Shown: piece by piece, positions 12,801-25,657 of the stretch | Layout of the letters: each line of letters starts with the position of its first letter | How positions within the stretch are numbered: position 1 is the first letter of the stretch | Assembly (NCBI RefSeq): GCF_001949145.1 | Contig: NW_019091357.1 | Span: 4,514,183 to 4,565,964, forward strand | Reading direction: 5' to 3' | Origin: Acanthaster planci | Taxonomy: Eukaryota | DNA: 51,782 nucleotides | Position numbers and translations under genes: made by a program | The notes under the pieces: model-generated | Database searches by the model: none | What the model saw: only the letters and a program-made list of their open reading frames with translations | Told to the model about the DNA's origin: nothing

Positions 12801-15800
12801 CACGAAAGTTCTCCACTAGCTGAGCTATCCAGACTAGGTTGGTGGTTCCACCTAGTCTTCAGTATCTGTATTTAAAAATGCTGTGTCCTCTGGGAGAGAT
12901 TTGTTTACCTCTTCCCACGTTTGTAGAAAAGCTGACCTTGTTTTTACCATGACTTTCGGAGATGATCCCTGACTGCCTGGTACATATTTCGAGATGCTGA
13001 ACTTCCGCTTCAGATTAATACTCACTTTGGCAAAGGCTGAAAGATCTGGAGTCAGGAATCCCTCCAAAAAAATTACCTCTGTGCAATTTTCTTTTAACCT
13101 GGGTTCTTTTTGCAAGAAGGATGCAAACTTAAACCAGGCGTAACTCTATGTTTTACCCCGAGGTGCCTTTTAAAATCTCAAGGTAAACCTTGAGATGCAT
13201 CTTGTGTCAATTTCCACTCTTCCCCGACCATGCTCTTTCATGCCGTTTTTCATCAAGGAGCTTCTGCGTTTGATCAGCGAGAACCAGGTGGTGGTCATCA
13301 GCGGGGAGACAGGCTGCGGCAAGACCACCCAGGTGCCCCAGTTTATCCTAGACCACCATATCCAGCAAGGTCAGGGGTCGACCTGCCGCGTCATCTGTAC
13401 TCAGCCCCGTAGAATCTCAGCCATATCGGTCAGTGAAATGCTCAGGCATGCTCCGTGCAATGTCAGGATTTTTACGTATGAGATAAACTGTAATAACATT
13501 GGAATTATTCGACATGTGTTTCGTCAGATGCTCTTGAATTCAAAGAGTCTATTGCTGGTTATAATTTGTATAATGCATGTATGAATTGTGGTTTTAATCC
13601 TCACGTTAATTTCCGTTGTGCTTTTTACCAGCAATTTGATGTTGCTGGCAGCTTCAAGCACAAAATATGAAGAAGTTCTATAAAGCGCTGCTTCTTGATT
13701 TGTGGTTTTAAGTGATGCCCTCTCCAGCCCAGTAACACAGATTCCTTTATTACATGCCCCTCAATATATACGTTGAATGAGTGTCCATTGACCAACTAAT
13801 GGAAAAAGTGCATTAGTATCACCCCCAATAGCGTCTTGAAGGCAAAGTTGTTAAAAAAAACCTGTGTGCATCTCCAATTGAGTCCACAAAAGGAACCAAA
13901 AACATATGTTCAAGTCCTGGTTACTGGTTTGTCAGGTGGCTGAGAGGGTGGCGTGTGAGAGAGGTGAGGCATGCGGCAATGGCAACAGCACGGGGTACCA
14001 GATTAGATTGGAGGCACGGTTCCCACGGCAACAGGGCTGCATCCTCTACTGCACCAATGGTATCTTGCTGAAGTGGCTGGAATCAGACCGGTAAGTTACT
14101 TGACTGGAAAAACATGAAAGCTCATATCCCTTTTGATGTAATGGCTGTTCTTTTTCATGTAACAAAACCTTGTGTTGTTTTGCCCTGCAGAGGCAAGGTT
14201 TGCTTGTAGTTAGAAAGCCACAGTCTTCCGTTTCTCTTGTTTTTTGACAAGAAGCATCTGTATTTTGTGTACGTTGAATAGAATGTTAATTTAAATACAT
14301 CTGTTTGGGACAGACTTCTGCAAAGCGTAAGCCACGTTGTTCTGGACGAGGTTCATGAGAGAGACATCATCTCTGACTTCCTGCTGGTCATTCTCAAGGA
14401 TATTCTTCCCAAAAGGTACAGAGAGGATGGTTGAGGAAGAGTTTGTAGAAACAAAAAAATAGAGAAGGCCTCCTGCTTGATACTCGCACAGATCTATGGC
14501 AATTTACCACTGAGTTTGGCAGTGTTGGCCAGTTGCTTCAAGCCTGATGCAACAGTAAATATTGTTGTCTGTGACAGTGGATGAAAGGGAAAAACAGGAT
14601 GTGATTTGAATATTTCAACCTTTGCCTGTCTCGTGAAAAGACTTGAATTGAGTTACAGTGATAAATTGGGTGAAGATATGTTTTTTTGATGAGGATCAAG
14701 CCACTTCACGTGATTTTACGATACCCCTGATCATCGAGCTTGTAGCAGTTCCTGGATGCAGGAATCCTGTCGGCCCAGTGATCGTGGTCGATAACCAAAT
14801 GTTTCTCTCGTTTTCAGACCGACGCTCAAGTTAATCCTGATGAGTGCGACCCTCAATGCCGAACTGTTCTCAGCCTACTTCCACGGTTGCCCGATGGCCA
14901 ACATTCCTGGTTTCACCTTCCCCGTCCTGGAGTACTGGCTGGAGGACGTTCTTCAGATGACCAAGTAAGGCAAACACAGACTCGGGAAGCTTCTTTTAAC
15001 CTCTGAAATCTGTCGGTGTTACACTAGTGGCTTAATCTGTGTACCTAAAAGAAAAGGAGATATCAAACCTTATTACACTAACAGTTGGGCTGTTTTCACA
15101 GTCCAGGATACAGACAGGTATAGTTTTGGCGGACAGGTCATACTTTGTGCATAGGTGAACTTGAAAGCACATAGTATACTGTAAAACATTGAGAAGAAAT
15201 GAAAGTACAGGTGAAAATTTATCAAGATCAGCTTACCAACCCATTTTTTTAAACAACTTTGAATGTACCGGGTACAACATCGCGACGTGTGTCTTCAGAA
15301 ACCTGTTGCTTTTTACCAAATACCTTCTCCTTCTATATGACAGACTTCTTATTCCTATCTCCTTTTGAAAAACTTGTCTTTGTTCGTTTGTTGAACAGGT
15401 ATCATCCTCCTGAGCAGCGTAGGAGACACGAGCCGGTGTGGCTAAAGTTTCGACGTGGGAAGCGCTACCGGGAGGATGAGCTGAAGAAAGAGGAGGAATT
15501 CAAGGAGAGGTTCAGCAACTACATCGTCGAAATGCGACAAACGTAAGCTACACAGATGCTGCTCAAATCAACAATCCCATAAGAGCACACTCCAAAAAAT
15601 GAAAAGCATACATTTGGTGTTGTGGATGTCACTTTCATCACGGTGGTCTTCCCAAATACACAAGACAAGCACCGTTTTGTGCACATTCAGTTGTAAGTTA
15701 GGTACATAGTATGCAAGTCAGTGGGTGTATCAGATATAAAATACATCCTCAGAGTGGAAGGCAGGAGAACCTAAGACCTCCCTTTGTTGCCATTTTCTGT

Positions 15801-18800
15801 TTTTTTATGTAATCTCACAAGTTCATGTATTAAGTAAAGTCATTGCATTGAACACTGTGTTAGCACTGCATTAGCAACTCTTTGTATTTGTAGAATGTGC
15901 TTATTATTAGAGAAGGAGGAAACATGAATATTCATAAACCAGCAAGCAAAGATAGCAATCTCCTGACTTCAAGAAACACATTCTAAGTACGAGGTTTTCC
16001 ACCATCACCCATCTGGTCTCTTGTTATTGGTCTCCTGTATATTTTCTACCCGACTGTTGAGGTTGTTTTGGTGTATTCTGGTAGATATCCTGAAGAGGTG
16101 GTGTATCATCTCGAAAACATGGACCATGAGAATATGGATCTGGAGATGGTTTCTTCTGTCATTCGTTACATCTGCCTCAACAAACCGGTCAGTTCATAAG
16201 GATTTCCCAGTATTTCATTGATCTTGTTGGTACGAGTGGCCAGTAATTTTATTCATTATTGTTACCAGCAAAGTTCACACTGTGTGTCCACCCAGACAGC
16301 CCATGGTCTGAACCCAGCCCAATCCAGCCAACTCAACCCAGCCAATCCCAGCCAAGCCCATACCCAGCCCAACCTATACCCAGCCCAACTCAACTTAACC
16401 CAACTAAACTCAACCAATACCAGCCCAACCCAACCCAGCCAAGCCCAGCCCAATCAAACCAGGCCCAGCCCTAGCCAACCAAAGCAAACCCAGCCCAGCC
16501 CAGCCCAATCCAACCAGGCCCAACCCAACCTAATCCAACCAAATCCAGCCCAACCCTACCCAGCCCGGCCAAACCCAACTCCACCCAACCCGTCCCAATC
16601 CAGTTCATTTCAAAGCAATCTAATCCAATGAACTCCATGCCTTCATAGAGTACGTCAATAAGCAGCTGCATGATTTTCTTGTTAGGTGAATACAACTTTT
16701 CTGCAAACTGTTGAGACATGATATTAGGTTCACACCTTGAGACATCTTGAATATGCTGATCTGAAAAGAATTCCAATCGTTTTAAAAATGATTAATCTGT
16801 TAGATAGGTTTTCCCAATTTAGTAACGTTGGGTATGATTTGCTTTTGCGTCTAAATTCTTCTCTTTTTAGGAGGGCGCCCTTCTGGTCTTCCTCCCAGGC
16901 TGGGAGCAGATCTCCAAAGTGAACGACCTCCTGACCCAGCAGCAGATGTTCCGGAACAACAACTTCCGCATCATTCCCCTGCACTCCATGATGCCCACAG
17001 TCAACCAAAGACAGGTCTGATATTAAGTTGGACGCACAGCATTTCAGCTCCCCAAACACGACTCGATGGTCTTGTCTAATGTTGGTGTTATTTTTTGTTT
17101 TTACCACGCCTCTCAAACTTCAGGTCTGGAGTGAATTTGAATCAAATCGGTTCTCATTTTTTCATGCAGCTCATAACAGCAGTTATTAGTTATGGGATTA
17201 GAATGAAGTTGATAAACAAAGAAACAGAGGCCGTGACCGAAACGGGCTTCCGGAGCTACGGCTAGGTCTATTGTCTACGCATCTCCAGGCATTTCTAATG
17301 GAGTGAAGACCTAGACCTAGCTCTAGATAAGAGATTCGGATGCAGCCAGAATCATTGACAAACGCTGTTGGTTTTGACTGGTACAGCGTCTTTGAAATCT
17401 AGAGCAAATTGTAATATAAGTAGCCTAGCTGTTAAAACAGAGAGAATTGTGCTTCTTTGAAGAGCAAGTAACAAAGGATTCCTTGTAACTTGTCGCTTAT
17501 TTTGTAGATCATGTTTTGGTTGCCAGTTGCAGGAGGTGTTTTCAACACATTTCTGGCTTTATTTAAATGTCTGTAGAATACTCTATGGTAAAATTTGTAT
17601 AAAACGCCAGGTTTCTGTGACAAATTCAGTGAGATTCACTTTTGGTCTTTTGGATAAGTTTCGGTTGAACCTCAATGAGTCTTACTTGAACTTTTCACAA
17701 ACTACGATACAGGTATTTGAGCGACCCCCGCCGGGCGTCCGCAAGATCGTCATAGCAACCAACATTGCCGAGACGAGCATAACCATTGACGACGTGGTGT
17801 ACGTCATCAACCTGGGCCGCGTCAAGGAGCGGAACTTTGACGTGGAAAACAACCTCAGCACCTTGAAGCCGGAGTGGATCAGTGTAGCATCAGCCCGTCA
17901 GAGAAGGGGGAGAGCTGGCAGGTATGCAGACATATCATTAGCTATTCATATATACAAATGTATTGATTATCTATTCATATATGCACATTTTTTGTCTGCA
18001 GCTCCACTTATAAGCATAAAAATGGCAAGAAAGGAGAGTGGGTAGACACTCGTGAATAAGATGTGCACATATTTTGATCTTATTACCAGAAAACAAATCA
18101 CTTGTACTCAAATAGCGAAGTCCACCTCTACAAGTTTTTGTCTGTAAAAAATATTGTTTTGTCCCTTCAGAATGTGAATGAATATTTAGTATGCTTGAAT
18201 GAGTAGATAATAGATAACAGCTGTGATATGTCATTAAAAAGTCTGTTTATTTTGGGAGCAAAAAACTTCAAATGTAGCTTGAACAGGTGGGTATGGTGCT
18301 GCAGGTGTTGGGAGTGTATTACGGCAAATGTGCATTTGATCTAAATGTCCAGAGTGCAACCCGGGGAGTGCTATCATCTATACAACCAGCTTAAGGCGGC
18401 CATGCTGGCAGACTACCAGCTGCCGGAGATGCTGCGGACGCCACTGGACGAACTCTGCCTGCAAATCAAGGTGGGCAGACGTGGTGATTGGTCCACGTAC
18501 TGATGACCTCACACTCTGTTTATATGTACAAAATAATGTTGCTACAGTTTGCAAGTAACATGATCACACACTGACATCGTGGGATTTGTTTTTGTCTCTA
18601 CAGTCACTGAAGCTTGGTAGTGTCCACGGCTTCATTGAGAAGGCCCTACAGCAGCCTGACCCTGGGGCAGTGGACCTGGCATTGGAAAGCCTAACACGGA
18701 TGGTCAGTCTCACTATAACCTCATCCGGTGTTTTCTGATTGGTCACTTTTTGATTTTCAGTGCATTGTTGTTGTCAAGATCTTGTTGGGTGGTCACTAGA

Positions 18801-21800
18801 CCCCACAAGACCACCGTGAGACGAATGCAAGACCCTCCATTTTAAATTCAAGTAAAAAGGTGTTCAGTTCAACTGTGGCAATATCATTCCTGAGTCATTA
18901 TTCGTTCTGATACCTGTGGTTAACTCCATGACTGATCATGTGCCTCGTCTTCTGATGGTCTGACCACGTCGCATGATACAGTGTTTTCGGTTTAATGTCA
19001 TGGGGTTTTAGTTTTAAAGTGATATTCTCTCTTTTTTTCTCCCAGAATGCTTTGGATGAGAATGAGGAACTCACCCCGCTGGGTTACCACCTTGCCCGGC
19101 TCCCTGTCTCCCCGACAATCGGCCGCATGATTCTCTTCGGTGCCATGTTCTGCTGCCTGGACCCCATCCTAACCATCGCTGCCAGCCTTAGCTTCAAGGA
19201 TCCCTTTGTCATTCCACTGGTGAGATCTTTCTGCTCTCCACATGTTCCACATCACAGCATCACTGCCATTCTGACTCCAAATCTGCTTTGGCTCGGAGTC
19301 TGCCTTATATTCAAGAGCGAATAATTAATAATTTGTAATAATTTGATAGTGACGGTAATGCTTATATAGTGCTTTCCATCGTACCAATGATTACAAAGTG
19401 CCTTTACCTTAATACCTTCAGCTCTAAGCCTAGTTGGCAACCGTCTCTTTTAATAGCTGTGATGTGTTCTGAGACTTCCCCCTTCCATGTCCAATCATTT
19501 TTTTCTCTCTCTCAGGTTTTGGTATCAAGTTTCTCTTCACAGCCCTACTGTAGTGCAGTGGTTAATCTTTCAAAATCTGGCCCAACAAGGTTTTCTATTT
19601 TGATTGACTATAATTTGATTTGAAAAAGATTTGAAAGACTGCTGAATTGTTCCTCTTTCTTCATGCAAGATGGGCATAAGAATGAGAAAGAAATGAAGCT
19701 AGGTTGCTTTTAGGTAGTGAGCCAGGAGTGAAAATTTGACGATTTGTTGCAGGGCAAGGAGGAGATGGCCGACGCCCAGCGTAAGCGCATTTCGGAGGAC
19801 ACGTTCAGCGACCACCTCATGCTGGTCAATGCCGTGGCTGGCTGGGAAGAGGCCAGAGACCGCGGACGACAGGCCGAGAGTGATTACTGCTGGAGGAACT
19901 TCATGTCCATCACCACTCTCAAGGTATTAGGAGCTGCTTCCTCAGAGATGCAGCTTGATTCTCCAGCTCTACCAAAACATGAATTGTAAGGAAGGAGTCT
20001 TGGGCTCAAGTCCCACCACAGCAACCTCATGAACTTTTTTCCCTTCAAGTTTGTGTTGAAGTTGAATCCTATTTCGAGTGTCCAAGTCCATAGAAATGTA
20101 AGATTAGAAGTACAAGGTTTTGGACAAAACGTAACATGGGTGTGCCAGAAATCTAATGAAATAGGTTTTCAAATGGCCAACCCTAATATTCAAATTTACG
20201 TCTTCCACCAGCAGTGCACATGGACTTAGAATTTGACAATCCTTACTGCCTTAAGACAACCTGTAAAGTTCACGATGGAAGGACGTTTTCTAGATCTAAT
20301 AAAGATATTCTTCCTCTATTTTCTCCCCAATCTTGGACTAGATGCTGGACAACATGAAGACCCAGTTCTGTGAGCTGCTGGCATCCATAGGCTTCGTGGC
20401 TGGGAAATCCTGCAAACAGAGGGCAGCTAACAGGAACTCAGGTGAGCCATTGGGGAGATTTTCTCAGCATTGAAGTCGAATCCCTGAGGTTGTGTGAGTG
20501 TTCAGTCTACCATCAAATTCAGACGTTGTGGACTCATTTGCACGGTGCTAAAGTATGACAGTTATGGCATTTCTGTTGAGGACAAGACTTGAAAACTAAT
20601 CACTGCAAGACGAAGACGTACAGAATTGAAACAATGAGAAATTTCGTGTTTGTGATCATGGAAGCGACACCTAAAGCCAGATACGGCCTTTTCGCAAGTT
20701 ACATCATAATGAAACTCATTCTGTTGACTATTCTATAAACCCAGGTGGCTCTGAGGAATTAGACTATTACCCCCAACCCAGTTTTATAGTCGGCTCCTGG
20801 AAGGTCATTTTTATTTATTTTTTTCTCATGCAGACAACAGGCAGCTAGTCAAGGCTATACTGTGTTCAGGTCTGTATCCGAATGTGGCCCAGGTGAAGAA
20901 GAACTCATTCAACAGGCGAGAAGGAAGACTAAGGTAAAAGCCTCCAGGGGTTAATTCACCTGCTTGTTTGTGTTTGTGTCTGTGTCTTCGACATGGGTTT
21001 TCAGGGCTGTGACTGCCTCTTGTGCCAGCATGTCTCTGCATGTTTTGAATGCAGCAAAGACCTAAACCTAGTTCTCTTCAACAGATACGGATGTAGCCTC
21101 GGTCTCCGTTGTCTGTCCAGAGATCTTCGCAGTGGTTATTTTTGTTCTCCAGTCTTTAAGTTGTAAATGAATGAATTTTACTTTAATAATATCAAGGTTT
21201 TGTTGATGCCTTTTATTAGTTTAAGTTTTGGATGTATTCTCAACTGACACTATTTCACTGTATCCAGTTAAAGTCTTTTTAAGGGCATTTGAATATTATC
21301 ACATGAAATATGCACATAATAAACAAATCATTATTATGGTTACTGCTGTCCCCCAAAAATGTAAAGAAAGTCTTTAGTTGTTGTTAAATGACTTGCAGAT
21401 CAGGAGACATGAGTTTCTATGTCTGTACTGTGCAGGCCAGCTAAGATTATGACTCCCCAAGATGGGCGGGTCAAGATCCATCCCAAGTCGGTGAACTCCG
21501 ACGAGGCTCACTTCCCCACCAACTGGATCCTCTACCATCTCAAGCTGAAATCCACCAACGTGAGTATAGTCCCGATGCAGGGCACCGTCAGCGGGGTACC
21601 ATGGAGAGCCCCATTTCGTATTGCACTGTGGGAAAAGAGGGACACCCCCTTGCACCGTTGAAGCAGTGTTTATTTTGGCACGAGAATGAGGAAGATTCGG
21701 CAGATTTTTCACCTTCTCTGTAGAAATGCTTGAATGAGGATAATGAGGAGTGTATAAGTGAGGCCCCATTGTCATTGGTATAAATGCTAGTGGACAGTAT

Positions 21801-24674
21801 ACATATATAACATGGTTTGAGGTTGAATAGTTGATATTATCCCTCTGGGGGAGGGAGTTGATATCAACTATTCAACCCAAATAAGCCATGTTATATTGGT
21901 TTTATTGTACCTCATACATATTGAGTTAACCTCTGTGAAGTGAAACACGTCACTGAGCTTGGGAAAATGTTGATCGACAGTTACCTGTCTTGCCATCTTT
22001 TCAAGTGTACGTACGTTAAGCCCATAGAACAGTTCCCCATTTGCTTTATAAAGTACAACATGAACTAGCAGACAGGTAACTGTGTGCTAGTTTATCTACT
22101 CATGCCTATTTACTCTGTGCATAAAAGCTTGTGTGCGACCTTGACAAACAGCCAAAATAGCAGATAGCGCTCAATGATGAATGGTCCNGATTAGACTTCA
22201 GTATTCGATCATGAATGTGCATGAGGTATAGTTGTAATAAATGTGTGGTTAGCGGCAGGATGATATGTGAAAAATGTCTACTATGAGGTGGTTCCTACAA
22301 GCGAATATTTGTAGGCTTGCTGTGTTACAAGTCAGTCTTGTTGGACATTGTGTGTGGCTGTCTGAAGGACGTGGCTTTCGTTGACACAAAGAGATCTGAC
22401 CAAAGTGGAAGAAACTGGCATGTATGGGCCTGTCACTCAGGCCTGTGAACCCGTCGATATCAAAGCCTGGTTCCATTTTTTTTGGCTGGATGCCCGTAAA
22501 AGAATTCCATGTATAAAATGCATGTAAATTTTACTAGTGAAGGGCAGAATTGGTTAAAAATCATCGTGTCACTCAAAAACCCAGTCCTGCCGTCATAAAT
22601 AGATGGAGTTTCTTTTGTTTAATACAAATTAAAGGTATAAACACTTCTTTTAATAAAAGACGGGGAAGATTCTCCTCTAACGTTTAGAACATTGTGCTGC
22701 TTCCTATGTATGAAAACAGAGCCCTGTTTCGGGCACATAGTCCGCCAGGATTACATGCAATGCAATTTGTCAAGTGTTATCTATAGTTTAAGGGTACCCA
22801 GTTACCCGGTATTGACATAAAATGGAATACTCTTAAACGCACATCCCTACGGTCAATCCTCTTCCAACCACTTATCAACTGGCTTCTGTAAAAATTTAAC
22901 CAATCTCAATCTTAGGGGGAAAGGATATTTGCCATTGGCACTCAGGTGAGATGGATAGCCTACTGATCTTGCAGTGACTTATTTGAGAGTAATTACCCGT
23001 GCACCTCACATTCGCACCTGTTGGGAAGTGTTTCCTGAACACTTGGATTTGGTAAGCGTGGTGTTTGATGTGACCCCCCTGGTGGTCATTCTCCTGCTTT
23101 GTGCACCTGGTGCACACAGCTGCTGTTGACACCCCGCGCTTTACACCTCCGACACATCATGAGCCATCCTTGCTGAAAGTTTGTTGTCGGTTCCTCCGTC
23201 TTCCCCTCCGCCAAAGGTGTTTCTCCACGACACCAGTGCCGTGGAACCCTACCCTCTGCTGTTCTTTGGCGGGAAGATTGGTGTCACTCGAGAGGAAGGG
23301 CTGGAGATGATCACCGTCGACGATCACATCAAATTCTCTGCCCCGGCCAGAATAGCCTATTTAGTCAAGGTAAGCCGTCACTGATTCCCTGTCCTCAAAC
23401 GTGGCATCCTCAATTGAACGTCCAAGGATGCTGTTTTGAACAGTGTTTGACTTGCTTGTCGTTGTAGTTGAGCACATGACAAGTGTAACACAAGCAAGGT
23501 AACTCATAAGTCAAGTCATGTGTCTAGTCACATGATCCGTGGCACAAGTCATGTGACTAGCCATTGATTTTCATGAGGAGCTGGATGATGCGTAATTGAT
23601 TTGTTTTGGGGCTAGTGATGAGGTCACTAAAGCGATATTGGACTTTACTAGGATGTATGACAATGCAGGTATCAGTCCTAGGCACCAGTGTTCCATAGAC
23701 CTTACTCTGCTCACACAATCAGCACCAGTTTTTTTGTTCTGGTGAGTGCTGGAGTTTTGCCTTTCATGTTGATTTTAAGCTGAGCACCGTACTTACTGGT
23801 TTGAAGCTCTCCAGATATCAACAATTTAACCACTTGCTGCCTAGTGCCTTTGGAAGTGCAGTGTCTAAAACCGGGTAATTTTTCAATATCTTCGGTTTTC
23901 AAAAATATCCAAAAATTAATATCCGTTTCTCTTGAATGCCTGAACCCCATCGAGTTACCGTCTGGTAACTACTTTAATCTGACAGAAAACATCTATTAGT
24001 GCCTGAGTATTTCAGCCCGGCCTGCAGCTTTGTAAAAGAGCCCAGATTGTGTGGTGTTACATAATTTTCTTTTGTTCCTGAAACTGGCACAGTGCGCTGC
24101 TGGCATATTTTCAATACGGGCCAGATTAGTGTGCAACGGTATTGTATTACTCATCACTGGAGCGCTTTTGTCCCCAGTGGTAATCCACTTGTGCTGGATG
24201 CCACAAACAGTGGTATAATCTTTCAAAACAGTGACATTTCCTCCGCTATTGACAACTGAAAAACTTGGCAATTCTCAGCAGCTCGGTCTTTTGTTCCGAG
24301 TATAGTCTCTTGTCTGATTTGCTTTGCATACGTACCCAAGGTTCCTGAAACCGGGCTCTCTGGCAGCAAGTGGTTAAAGCGAAAGGCTGTGTATATATTA
24401 TGACAAATTGTGGCATTTTGTAGACCATTTCAAAATTTTTCATTTGCCCCAAAGGCCTTTAGAGATATAACTGTCCTAGAGGAAAATGCTGACTTTTGTG
24501 GATATATCCCAACATTGCCAGGATCTCCGGTGTGAACTGGACAAGCTCCTGCAACAGAAGATCAGCCAACCAGGGATGACCTGCTGGCGTCAAGACACCA
24601 AGGAGGGCCGGATCATGCAGGCCATCATCGACCTCATCACAACCCAGGAGGACAGCAGACAGTCTGCCTGGTAG
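9898..24674 (+). CDS. DHX36: DHX36/RHAU ATP-dependent DNA/RNA G-quadruplex helicase, copy A (~970 aa); exons 9898-10152, 11600-11717, 12409-12581, 13258-13428, 13936-14090, 14314-14415, 14818-14964, 15399-15542, 16085-16187, 16871-17014, 17713-17921, 18353-18470, 18604-18702, 19046-19219, 19753-19923, 20342-20441, 20834-20933, 21436-21559, 23217-23369, 24522-24674
   Basis: Twenty GT-AG exons sum to 2913 nt in one open frame. The protein has a Gly-rich N-terminus, the DSM motif [17 protein letters not shown], motif [10 protein letters not shown], Ia [44 protein letters not shown] and [10 protein letters not shown], followed by HA2 ([12 protein letters not shown]) and OB-fold (IHPKSVN) regions. 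Confidence 0.96.
10266..11092 (-). mobile_element. Internally deleted Tc1/mariner-superfamily transposon in the first coding intron of DHX36 copy A
   Basis: Imperfect TIRs ta|CAGGGTGTTTTTAAAAAAAG..TCCAACTTTAAGGG and CCCTTAAAGTTGGA..CTTTTTTGAAAAACCCTG. The minus-strand remnant [35 protein letters not shown] resembles the N-terminal HTH (DUF4817-type), and WYHDGA resembles the QDGA motif. Absent from copy B. Confidence 0.78.
11470..11566 (-). mobile_element. Degenerate tRNA-derived SINE head
   Basis: The minus strand reads ..taggcgcaggtgg (A-box-like) ... gggttcaaatccc (B-box). A more decayed counterpart lies at ~32220-32300 in copy B. Confidence 0.5.
12763..12832 (-). mobile_element. Degenerate tRNA-derived SINE head (copy A intron 3)
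   Basis: The minus strand ctggatagctcagctagtgg...agttcaaatcccactcc has A/B-box-like motifs but no intact cloverleaf. Confidence 0.55.
16310..16627. repeat. Degenerate pentanucleotide (CCCAG/CCCAA)n tract; G-rich on the - strand with canonical G4 motifs
   Basis: For example cccagcccagcccagccc at 16489-16506 and cccaaccctacccagccc at 16549-16566. Confidence 0.92.
17229..17347. mobile_element. 119-bp MITE, PIF/Harbinger-like
   Basis: Imperfect TIRs GGCCGTGACCGAA / TTCGGATGCAGCC flanked by a 3-bp AGA direct repeat, with internal ctaggtct/agacctag symmetry. Absent from the same intron of copy B. Confidence 0.65.
21804..21896. repeat. Hairpin-type inverted repeat, probably the end of an old non-autonomous element; decayed counterpart at ~48230-48330
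   Basis: atataacatgg..gttgaatagttgatat / atatcaactattcaac..ccatgttatat. Confidence 0.7.
23830..24373. mobile_element. 544-bp non-autonomous piggyBac-like element in copy A intron 19
   Basis: Perfect 12-bp TIR CCACTTGCTGCC / GGCAGCAAGTGG with TTAA on both sides (23826-23829, 24374-24377). Absent from the corresponding position of copy B (~51195). Confidence 0.85.
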
Positions 24675-25010
24675 AGGGGCCCTGCTTCATGGGGCAACCT
24701 ATGTACTGACTCGACTTGCAGTCAAAACATGAAGGCCATCATGTCATGGAGGCTGCCAATTGCACAATTGGTCTGCAAATATTTGATGAGCCGGTCTTCT
24801 TTGAAGGCCTGGCAAACTCAGTGAGGTCAAGCGAGGTTGTGATGACCACACTTGGGTCAACATGGAATGCAAGGCCATATCATGGAGATCATTACTTGCC
24901 TGATAAGAACTAAGCTAGGTGAACTATAACATTTTCAGCAGAGTTTAGAGTTCGTCTACATGGAAAACCAAGCATTGGCCTTTTCATTTGTGAGATGTAC
25001 TTAATAGTGA

Positions 25011-25657
25011 CAAAGGCAGATCTAGAACCCAATTTTTGTTGGGGGGGGGGCAAATTTTTTGGGGGGACAGAAGTGGTTGAAGTTTTGGGGGTAACCTATT
25101 TTTGGGGTGAGGCTACATTTGGGGGCTTTTTACACGCTTTTCGAAGGGAGGGAAATAAAACAGACAAAAAAAAATCTTCTTTTTGCCATCAGTTAGAAAA
25201 ATAAGCTGTGTTCCAGCTGTTCACTGAGCCCATGTTGATATAAGGGTGGTCACTTCTTGTATGTAGCTCTCATGTCTGCATGTCAAAGGAAATTTCTCCT
25301 TCCAAAGGACATTAGCATGGCCATCTTTAAGGATAATTGCATATTCCTTGTGAATCTTGAGGATGTTTGACACAGTTGTCTCAGCCCTCTTCATCTTTGT
25401 AATTAAAACGAAGGGTTGACCTCCAAAGATAAGGATCATACTCATTTTTGCCAAGTAAAGGCATCGATTACTTCTGGAAAGTGGGAGGGGACCAGTACCT
25501 GGAGCTGCCAAGAGGGTTTTCAGTTTTAGAGGCATTAGCTTTCATGAGCTGTAGAATCAAATGCAAGCCTCTGGAAGGGCACAAACGATATCAACCCCCC
25601 CTAACAAAAATAAAGAGGGTGACATGTCTCTGCCTCCGCCATTGATCAACGCCCACG
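25011..25657. mobile_element. Possible hAT-like non-autonomous element downstream of copy A
   Basis: Ends ggcagatctag..G-runs and C-runs..gatcaacgcc resemble GGCGGATC-type MITE termini. No TSD identified. Confidence 0.3.

Noticed and set aside
12763..12832. Functional tRNA gene
   Set aside because: A/B-box-like motifs are present but the stems do not pair, and the paralogous copy has decayed differently.
16218..16776. Pro/Gln-rich and Gly/Trp-rich ORFs
   Set aside because: Translation artefacts of the pentanucleotide tract within DHX36 intron 9.
22188..22188. Single ambiguous base N
   Set aside because: Intronic, and the flanks remain collinear with copy B, so there is no sign of a structural gap.
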